From a virus, in the IMG/VR virus record IMGVR_UViG_3300020185_004010, positions 8,764 to 72,763 of that record: DNA of 64,000 nucleotides; one strand, written 5' to 3'. The position numbers and the translations under genes were made by a program. The notes under the pieces were generated by a model that saw nothing but the letters and a program-made list of their open reading frames with translations, did not search any database and was not told the DNA's origin. How positions within the stretch are numbered: the stretch's first letter is position 1; every line of letters starts with the position of its first letter. Below, piece after piece: positions 44,560-54,500 of the stretch.

Positions 44560-47355
44560 TTATTGAACCGACTCTATTTTAACAGTTATATCATCCACAG
44601 CAAAAGGAGGTTGGTCTCCTACACTTCCGTCATTTTTCCATGTTAAAATCAATCTAGCATCAGTTCCTGCATTCCAAAGACTACTAGGTACTGGTATTGA
44701 TTCCAAAGTCCAATTACCTGAAGAGGCTCCACCATTATACCCTTCATTAAATTTGTTATCGTTAGAGTCGGCACCGACCCAAAAAGTGTTAGTTATTTCT
44801 GAATTTGAAGTAGGAGTAAAAGTAGTTGGAGAAATACCTATTCTGCCGTAATCCCACCTAGTTGGCTGACTTCCATCTTCTCCCAAACAAGTCCAATAAA
44901 AATTAACAGTTAAATTTCTAGCGTTAGAAGGTATGGAAAAATCAACATATAAATGAGCTCCTCCTTGAGCATCTCCTGTGTCGTATTGATAAACATCTGT
45001 TACACCTAAATCATCTGTAATATGTGCAGAATATATATTACTTCTAGAGGTTCCTGTGCTAATTGCCCATAAATTAGTTTCTGCACCATCTTGAACTGTA
45101 ACCCAACCATTTGAAACGCCTCTATCCGCCCAGTCTTCTGAAAAGATTGTGGTTGTTTCAATTTTTGCGGGGTCTGCCTGATTTCCTAATGTCCACTTAT
45201 CAAAATCTACATAAAAGTTAACTAAATTAAAATCAACACTATTTCCACTGTCTTTTTCTAGTCTCATAAATATCATGTCATCATTATAGTAGTCTGATAT
45301 ATCATAAGTTCCTAAGTTAATATTATGCACCTTATTAGAACCTACATCGGTAGAAATGGTATTTACTTGAGCTGGGTAGGTGTTGTATTCTGTAGTTGCG
45401 GTAGCTGGTCTAGGAACTGGTATTTTGCTACCTTCTGAATCTGCTATTAAAACATTTGTTACTTCTACTGGTAAAAATGAAAAAATCATATTTGCTGGTG
45501 TTGTGTCTGCATTTGCCCCATCTAATATGTAATCTGCAAAGACATTAACCTTTTGTGCTGTACTGACACCTTTAGGTATTTTCATAGTAAAAGTGGCATC
45601 TTCACCATCTGTACTATATTTTGAAGTCCTTAACTCATGAGTCCAAGTGTCTGTTGGAGTTGAACCTGAGCCAACTGTGATTAACAAGTCAGTCAAAGTA
45701 CCTGTTCCAACACCCCATTGGCCTCCCACCAAATCAACAGACTCTTTGTATAAAGATTTTCCATTAAATTGCAAAACTCCTTCCCTAGTTATATGTGTAG
45801 CATCTTCAAATATTTGAACTTGTTCTATGACTGGAAGTGTGGATGCACTACTTACCATTCTACATCTAACCCAATACCCTGTAGTCCCATTTATCGTTTT
45901 AGTGGCCCAAGTATCTTCTATATCCTTGTCTAAACCTAAAAATATATGTTCTTCACTTTGGTTTCTTAAAAATAAAGTTTTACCATAATTATAACCAAAA
46001 TCCTCAGAATGTACCTGATACAAATCTTCAACCCAATTAGAACCATTCCAAAATTCAAAAACATATGAACCTCCTTCTGTTTTACTTAAAACATCTACAT
46101 CAATACCAAAAAACTTTAAAGTAGTTGACAAATCATCGCTTACCCTTGTAGTAGTTATTAAAATAGAAGTTCCCGTTCCTCCTGTTTGAAACGTAAATGT
46201 ACTTCTTTTAAAAGATTTTGCTTCAGCACTTACATCTATAAAATTACCACCATCACTAGCGCTACTTGTTGTGTTGTCAGTAGTTAACACAACCATTCCT
46301 GTACCATAAGGAGCACCTTTACCAATAAAGGCTTGAGTTCCTCTTTCTGATATTCCTATAGACACTCTCTCTATACCATATAAGTTTTTGCTAGATATAA
46401 ACCTATCAGTATCTTCTTGTGAAAAATCTAAACCAAAATCAGACAAATAAGCTACTGCAGGTGGGTATATATAATCAGGTTGATGATTCGATGTAATTCT
46501 AAAAACAGAATCAACACCAGTACCAGACAAATCAACATTCACAGCATAGTCTACATTTTCTATTCTTCCTCCTAAGTAACTAACTACATGATAATCGCCG
46601 TTTGTGCTAATTGCGTTTGTAGCATTAAAAACGTTTGCAGTAAAAACTAAACAGGTTGGAGTAACTCCAGAACTACCCCCATCTAATCTACAAGCATTTG
46701 TAACGTTTGGATTGCCACTATTAAAACCAACCATTTGTGCTCTACCAGCACCACCAGAACCATCAGTTGTAACATAAATAACATTATTTATAGTACCAGC
46801 TGCATCAGGAACGTGTGTAGACTCTATTGCTAAAACTCCCGAATCAACTTTCATCAAAGAATCCATACCAGCACTTTCACACCTTATTTCCGCACCAATA
46901 ATTTTACCACCACCAGTTTTATATAAACCAATTCCTGTACTGCCTGTACTTCCATTTCCATAAAAAGTTATGTTATAAGCACCATTAGTGCCTCCACTAT
47001 TTGGTGCATATATACCACTAAAAGAACTTTCTGGTACATTGATTCCAAATCCATTTATATATGAATCTTGATTCAACACAACAATGTTGTTTGATGATGT
47101 GGTTGGCGTATTGCCTAATCGAGTAACTTGCCACCCACCCTCACTAATAAGAGATACATTTGTAGGTATATTTAAATTTTCTTCTAAATAATTACCTGGC
47201 CTTACCATTACGGTATCTCCACTAGTAGATGCACTTAAAGCCGCCCTAACGGTTAAGTAAGGTAAATTAGGTCTGTTTATTTGTGCTATAGAATCATTTC
47301 CATTTACACTATCAACCCAAATAACTTTTCCTGTATTTTCTGGTAAAAATGCCAT
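44560..47355 (-). CDS. Tail fibre/spike: N-terminal beta-helix-type start and C-terminal Bacteroidota adhesin-like domain
   Basis: IWVDSVNGNDS...PYLTVRAAL...GDTVMVRPGNY (pectin-lyase-like start). C-terminal W...GE...WDYGRI..PTTFTP...RLILTWKNDGSVGDQPPFAVDDI. Confidence 0.7.
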   Translation of the reverse strand: MAFLPENTGKVIWVDSVNGNDSIAQINRPNLPYLTVRAALSASTSGDTVMVRPGNYLEENLNIPTNVSLISEGGWQVTRLGNTPTTSSNNIVVLNQDSYINGFGINVPESSFSGIYAPNSGGTNGAYNITFYGNGSTGSTGIGLYKTGGGKIIGAEIRCESAGMDSLMKVDSGVLAIESTHVPDAAGTINNVIYVTTDGSGGAGRAQMVGFNSGNPNVTNACRLDGGSSGVTPTCLVFTANVFNATNAISTNGDYHVVSYLGGRIENVDYAVNVDLSGTGVDSVFRITSNHQPDYIYPPAVAYLSDFGLDFSQEDTDRFISSKNLYGIERVSIGISERGTQAFIGKGAPYGTGMVVLTTDNTTSSASDGGNFIDVSAEAKSFKRSTFTFQTGGTGTSILITTTRVSDDLSTTLKFFGIDVDVLSKTEGGSYVFEFWNGSNWVEDLYQVHSEDFGYNYGKTLFLRNQSEEHIFLGLDKDIEDTWATKTINGTTGYWVRCRMVSSASTLPVIEQVQIFEDATHITREGVLQFNGKSLYKESVDLVGGQWGVGTGTLTDLLITVGSGSTPTDTWTHELRTSKYSTDGEDATFTMKIPKGVSTAQKVNVFADYILDGANADTTPANMIFSFLPVEVTNVLIADSEGSKIPVPRPATATTEYNTYPAQVNTISTDVGSNKVHNINLGTYDISDYYNDDMIFMRLEKDSGNSVDFNLVNFYVDFDKWTLGNQADPAKIETTTIFSEDWADRGVSNGWVTVQDGAETNLWAISTGTSRSNIYSAHITDDLGVTDVYQYDTGDAQGGAHLYVDFSIPSNARNLTVNFYWTCLGEDGSQPTRWDYGRIGISPTTFTPTSNSEITNTFWVGADSNDNKFNEGYNGGASSGNWTLESIPVPSSLWNAGTDARLILTWKNDGSVGDQPPFAVDDITVKIESVQ

Positions 47356-47395
47356 TATGTTTTATTTTATTATAAATATTAATTTTTTTATTTTA

Positions 47396-48556
47396 TTATA
47401 CTGTAGGTGCAGAATTTTTATAAGGATGTGAAACTGGCAAATTACTTTGTAGCCCCCACTTCCACGCCAAATATCCTTCCGCCTTTTCTAAATCTGTTAA
47501 ATCTGTCCCTCCTGTTCCTGGTAAATCAGCAACTGCAAAGAATTCTGCTAATCTACCATCTAATTCTTGTGACGCTCTATTTCTCATTAATCTTAATTCT
47601 TGATTTGGACTAATAGAATTATCATAATCATTAACAGGAGTATATGCGTTATTACCATTAACTCTATTACCTATTTGATTTCCTGTTTTATTAAACCAAC
47701 AAGAAACAATCACCCAACTATCTATTGAAACACTTTGAAGATTCCAATCTTGTAAATTGCCAATTGTAGAACTAATTCTATTAGATGATAATGCATCTAA
47801 GTCTATTTCACCTGGCCAAGAGTTAGAACCACCACCCGCTGAAGATATTGAGTAATCCCTTTTAGGTGATTGGTTTGTTTCATATGACCAAAAACTATCT
47901 TTATCACCGTCAACAAAATCCGCTAAAAATACACCTATTGCCCAATGATTACCAGAACTAGTTTGATTTGAATATGTAGAACTTTGTAAATATTCACCAT
48001 TCCCATCAAAATCAAATACATTTAAACTATTAAGCCCCCCACTAACGACTGTAGGAGTGTTACCAATATTCATTGTATAAGTTCCAGCTTTATCAGTTAC
48101 AGTTGTTAATGTAGAACCAACAGTGCTATAACTACTTAAATCACCAGCATCTATCCATGCAACTACATTAATGTCATCTGGTGCCCAAGGAATTCCTTGT
48201 GGTGTAACAGAAACTATATTAGACTCTCCACCTGCACCATCTATTGTAATAGGTCTAATTTGTATATAATAAGTTGTACCATTTGTTAATCCTGTAACAA
48301 TTAAAGGATTATCAGTTGAACTTAAAGAAACCCATGTTGAACCGCTATTTAAACTATACTCATAATCTATTATTGGATTAGTTCCAGTTGTACCTGTAGT
48401 ATAATAAATTAAAGCTTGTTCACTACCTCCTGAAATACTATCTATAGTTGGAGAACTAGGCAGGACTATAATAGGATTAACATTTTGAACAAACAGCTTT
48501 AAAGAACCATCTTCGGTAATAACTTTTCCGTTATGTGAAATAAATTTTTGAGCCAT
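47396..48556 (-). CDS. Virion protein with an FN3 domain and a LamG/concanavalin A-like domain
   Basis: FN3 signature PSSPTI...IIDYEYSLNSGSTW...VTGLTNGTTYYIQIR. Then VAWIDAGD...LNVFDFDG...LDGRLAEFF...AEGYLAWKWGL. Confidence 0.75.
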   Translation of the reverse strand: MAQKFISHNGKVITEDGSLKLFVQNVNPIIVLPSSPTIDSISGGSEQALIYYTTGTTGTNPIIDYEYSLNSGSTWVSLSSTDNPLIVTGLTNGTTYYIQIRPITIDGAGGESNIVSVTPQGIPWAPDDINVVAWIDAGDLSSYSTVGSTLTTVTDKAGTYTMNIGNTPTVVSGGLNSLNVFDFDGNGEYLQSSTYSNQTSSGNHWAIGVFLADFVDGDKDSFWSYETNQSPKRDYSISSAGGGSNSWPGEIDLDALSSNRISSTIGNLQDWNLQSVSIDSWVIVSCWFNKTGNQIGNRVNGNNAYTPVNDYDNSISPNQELRLMRNRASQELDGRLAEFFAVADLPGTGGTDLTDLEKAEGYLAWKWGLQSNLPVSHPYKNSAPTV

Positions 48557-48565
48557 ATTCTAAAA

Positions 48566-51500
48566 TTACATTTGCCACCATTGTCCTGAACCTGTGCTAA
48601 CTAAAATTATAGAACCTCCATCTACAAATATTTGAGTTGAAGAAACTACTGATGTTGTTATTATAGTATCAGAACCAACCGCTTGTATTGTTATTGGATT
48701 TGTTCTTGCATTTACTCCAATATCTTTTATTTCAAATCTAACCTTTCCTGCAGCTGTAGAGTCTGGGAGGAATAAGGTTGGAGAAAGAGATGTAGTATCA
48801 AGTCCAATTATTTCATCACTAGTAATTGCTGAGTAGGAAGAGCCTGTTATAGAAGTGACAGAAACTAAGTTGTTTCTTTCTAGATTAACTGTTGAAGCGT
48901 CACTGCTTATAGATAAAGACGTTCCTGTTGAAGTTAATGATTTAAACTGTAAATCAACACCATTTTTTTGTGCAAACAAGCCTTCTCCTGCTCCCAAATT
49001 AGACGCAGTATTTGCCTCCCCAGACGAACCAGTGGTAGCAAATATATTATATAAATCAGTTGAACCAGAATATATAGTTCCTCCACTTAGAGTATTTCCA
49101 TAAACAGAATTTAAAGAAATATCATCATCAAGATTTACAACAGGATTGTTTGCGGTTCCTCCTGTGTTAGTGTTGGCGCCAGGCTGAACTCTTGTTATGT
49201 CGTTTCCATCAGTGATTCCACTAACTGGGCGGTATTCCACTTTACCTGTACTACTATTTCTAACTAATATGTCAGTACCAGTTGGGTTAAGTGTTGGTGT
49301 GGTTGTTAAGAAAGCGGTTTGTGCTGATAATATACCATCTACAATAGTATCACTATTTATGTATGTGTCATATCCAGAATTACCAACGAATACCCTATCT
49401 TGATTATCTACACCAATTAAAGATACATTAACATCCGCAACAGTTCTACCTTGTAAGAAATAAGAATTATCTCTTAAATTAACATGTCCGTTAAATACGT
49501 TAATTGCGGAATTAGATGTAACACTAGTTGCTGTTAGTGGTCCAAGTGTTGTATCACCTGTAACATCTAAATCACCATTAACTGTTAATCCACTCATTTG
49601 ATTAATAGTCGAACTAAGCGAACCACCATTGTCATCAGTTATTGTAAGTATATTATTATCATTATATGTAAACCCTGTAACGGTAATACCTACATCGGTT
49701 TTAATAGCTTCTTGTGGTGTATCATTACCATTACCAACCCATAAATAATCGGTTGTTAAATTGGGTAAACCAGCCGTTCTAGAGGTGTTGAATATAAATA
49801 ATTGTCCATTAGTAACACCAATCCTTAATACCTTAGCAACTCTTTGTATTTGTGTATTTGTTCCAGATGGTCTAAACTTAGTTAATCCACCATCAGTTTT
49901 TGCCATATAAAGGACATCATTAACCTCCCATGTTTCAGTAAATGGGTTAATAATTGTTGAACCACTTGTTGTATCTAAACCAGTTATTTTACCAAATGTA
50001 ACTATTGGATAAATACCAGCGTTATCAAAAACTTCTGCGGTGAAACCAATAACAGGCATTGTTGTCCCGGTTGCAGCATTCGCTAGTTCAACCTCATGTA
50101 TATCACTATCGAACCCAACAATATAAACTGGACACCCCTTGTCAATGGTTCCTGCAGAACCTTTTTTACCCCATATCGTAACTTCACCTAGATTACCATA
50201 TTCATCACCAGAAACCCATTGATTGCTTACGGTATCAAAATATAGTAATTCACCTTGATATGTAGCGTCTGGTGTTGTGGGTATATTTGTTGTTACATCG
50301 TCTAAACTATTTAAAGTTAATCCTGTATATGTTGTTGCAGATAATATACCGTCAACTGTTAAACCACTTACCTGATTTATTGTTGCTGGAAATGAACCAC
50401 CATCATTATCAGTTATAGTGAAAGTATTATTATCGTTATAGGTAAAACCTGTTACAAATGTATTAGTATCCGTCCCGCCAGATGAAAACCCTTTTACCCA
50501 ATTAGAACCATCGTATCCCCACCATCCAAAACTAGTTATATCACCTGAACCAGCATTTGAAGCATAAACTTGTAACCCTTCTGCAGGAGTTGATATAGCT
50601 TCAGCTTCAGCCCCTGTCATTACAGGTGGTAAGAATCCTTGTGTGGTAGACTCTAATTTAAAAATAGCTGATAAATCAGGCGTAACTGCCGTTTCAACAC
50701 CATTACCCATTACAAACCCATAGCCCTCACTTAAATTTCCTGTTCTAAGAGAAGATTGATTATTAGTTAAATATACTTTATTAGCTATTGTACTACCTAT
50801 TCTGTCGTCAGTTCCAGTAAAATACATATAACCGTTAGCAATTCTAAAATTATTACCACTCGCTACGGTTACTAGACTAGTCCCAATAGTAAATTCTAAA
50901 TTAGTACCCGCATCATTACTATAAAAGTTTAAACCCCCGTCAACATTAACAATAGTATCTAAATATAGATTATCAAATCTATTTGTTGGAGAACCTAAAT
51001 TGGTCACCGAGTCTGTGGTAGGTATAATATGAGTACCACTTTGTTCTATAACAGAGGCTAAAAATCCACCAGAATTATCTGTTATTTGTATTTCGTTTGA
51101 AGTTCCATCTGATGATGTAAGTCCTGTAATTGTAACAGAACCGTTTTGTCTATCTAAAGTTAAAGTACTTGCACTCGCAGTAAATGTACCACCAGTAACG
51201 TAAGTGTCTAAATTTTCTATAATGGTTGTCAAATCAGTGCTTCCAGAATATAATGTTCCACCACTTAATGTCGTTGCAGAAACAGAAGTTAATGAAATAT
51301 CATCATCAAGATTTACAATAGGATTATTTGCAGTTCCACCAGTTGATATGTTTGTTCCACCAGATACTCTTGTAATGTCGTTACCATCATTTTCTGTTAA
51401 GAAAATATCGTATAAATCAGTTGAACCAGAATATATAGTCCCACCGCTTAAAGTATTTCCAGAAACGGAATTTAACAAGATGTCATCATCAAGATTAACA

Positions 51501-54500
51501 ATCGGATTGTTTGCAGTTCCACCAGTTGAAATATTTGTTCCACCTTGAACTCTTGTAATGTCGTTACCATCATTTTCTGTTAAGAAAATATCGTATAAAT
51601 CAGTTGAACCAGAATATATAGTCCCACCGCTTAAAGTATTTCCAGAAACGGAATTTAACAAGATGTCATCATCAAGATTAACAATCGGATTGTTTGCAGT
51701 TCCACCAGTTGATATGTTTACTCCTCCCGAAACTCTTGTAATATCGTTACCGTCTGCTGTTGTGAGGAATATATCAGAAAGGTCTGTGCTTCCAGAGTAT
51801 AATGTTCCACCACTTAATGTCGTTGCAGAAACAGAAGTTAATGAAATATCATCATCAAGATTTACAATAGGATTGTTTGCAGTTCCACCAGTTGATATGT
51901 TTGTTCCACCAGATACTCTTGTAATGTCGTTACCGTCACCTCCTGTGACAATATTTCCATCAACATCTATACCTAAATTATTTATAGATGTTCCAGTTGC
52001 TAAATTGTTTATATTCAAAAAAGGAACATACACTGTATCATCAGTTGCTCCTGTTATATTTTGACCACCCAACACAGCGCTCCTTGCGCCAGTTGCCAAA
52101 GAGTTTGTTGAATGTATAAACGAAGTATCTCCTGATGCAATTGAACCAGAACCACCAGCGTGTGAAAATAAACCACTTGATGTTGTTTCAAAGCCTTCCG
52201 AATGTGAAGCTAGTCCACTAGCTGTTGAACTATAACCTTCTGAGTGAGCAGCTTCAGAACTTGCTAATGTGTCAAAACCTTCTGAATGAGAAGCGGTACT
52301 TGTTGATGTGGTATTAAAACCTTCGGCATGAGAAGCTGTATTGCTAGCTGTATTATTTAACCCTTCTGCATGTGAGTCTGCACCGCTTGCTACAGTTCCA
52401 AAACCTTCTGAGTGCGAGTCTTCTCCGCTAGCCGTTGTGCTCCAACCTTCAGCATGAGAATAATCTCCACTAGAAATTGTAAATAAATTTTCAGCGTGTG
52501 AATCTTCTCCGCTTGCCGTTGTTTGGTACCCTTCCGAATGAGCTTCTGGGCTTGATGCAGTTGTTTCAAAACCTTCTGCATGAGAATAGTTTCCACTTGC
52601 AATAGTTCCACCACCTTCTGCTAATGCATAATTTCCTGTAGCATCTAATCCACTATCATTTATTGTCTTTAATGAAAAGTTGCCCGTTGAGCCAGTTGTC
52701 CAAATAACATTTTCTGTTAAGAAAATATCATATAAATCAGTTGAGCCAGAATATAATGTTCCACCACTTAATGTCGTTGCTGAAACAGAGCTTAGTGAAA
52801 TGTCGTCATCAAGATTTACAATAGGATTGTTTGCAGTTCCACCAGTTGATATGTTTATTCCACCCTGAACTCTTGTAATATCGTTTCCGTCATTTTCTGT
52901 TAAGAAAATATCATATAAATCAGTTGAGCCAGAATATATTGTAGTTGCAGAAACTGATTGAAAACTAGAAATCCCAGACACACTTATGTTGTCTACGGTT
53001 AATCCAGTAACATTTACTGTAGGATTGTTTCCTGTGCCTCCTGTGAATGTGTTTATTCCACCCTGAACTCTTGTAATATCGTTACCGTCTGCTGTTGTGA
53101 GGAATATATCAGAAAGGTCTGTGCTTCCAGAATAAAAAGTTGTAGCAGATATACTTCCTGTAGTTCCTATGTCGAAAGTTACTGCGCTAAGAACAGAAGA
53201 TAAATCTATAGTGTCAACTTCTGCATCAAAACTATTGCCATCATTTTGACTTATAGTAAATGTATTTGCACTATAATTGAATCCGCTAACAAAAGTATCT
53301 GTCAGTCCTGTTATATTATAAGATGAAAAATCATTGTTTCCATCTATTTGTATAACCACTTCAGTACTAGCACTTGTAGCTTTTTGAGTAACAGTACCTC
53401 CAGTGCTAAATGAGTCTTCTCCTTTTGTTGCAAAAATATCAGAAAGGTCAGTACTTCCAGAATAAATTGTAGTTGCAGAAACTGAATCAAAACTAGAATC
53501 TCCAGAAACAGTTATATTATCTATTGTGAGAGCTGTAACATTAATTGTTGGATTGTTTTCAGTTCCACCAGTAAATGTATTTATTCCATTTTGAACTCTT
53601 GTAATATCATTACCGTCTGCTGTAGTTAGAAATATGTCAGAAAGGTCAGTGCTTCCAGAATATAAAGTTCCACCACTTAATGTTGTTGCAGAAACAGAAC
53701 TTAATAAAATGTCGTCTTCAAGATTAACAATAGGATTGTTTGCCGTTCCTCCTGTATTTATGTTGCTACCAGGTTGAACTCTTGTAATATCGTTACCATC
53801 ATTTTCTGTTAAGAAAATATCGTATAAATCAGTTGAGCCAGAATATATAGTTCCACCACTTAAAGTATTTCCAGAAACGGAATTTAACAAGATGTCATCA
53901 TCAAGATTAACAATCGGATTGTTTGCAGTTCCTCCTGTATTTATGTTGGTACCAGGTTGAACTCTTGTAATATCGTTTTCATCAGCAGAACCTGTAACAA
54001 CATTACCACTAGAGTCTATGCCTAAATTATTAATTGATGTTCCTGATGCTAAGTTGTTTATATTTAAAAATGGAACATAAACTGTATCATCAGTTGCTCC
54101 TGTAAGGCTTTGTCCACCCAAAACAACACTTCTGTCTCCAGTAACTAAAGAGTTTGTTGAATGTATAAAAGAACTATCTCCTGATGCGGTAGACAACTGA
54201 CCTCCAGCCCAAGAAGCCAAGCCAGAAGCTACTGATGCATATCCTGTAGCATGAGAAGCGTCTCCGCTAGCTGTAGTTTGCAAACCTTCCGCATGTGAAT
54301 AGCTTAAAGCCTTTGTTTCGAAACCTTCCGAATGTGAATAGTCCCCCGCCACTGTTCTAAATCCTTCAGCGTGAGATGTGTTACCAGTTGCATAAGACTG
54401 AAAGCCTTCGGCATGAGAGTAGTCTGCACTAGCTATTGTGCCAGACCCTTCAGAGTGAGACCATCGCCCACTTGCTGTGGTACCACCACCTTCAGCATGT

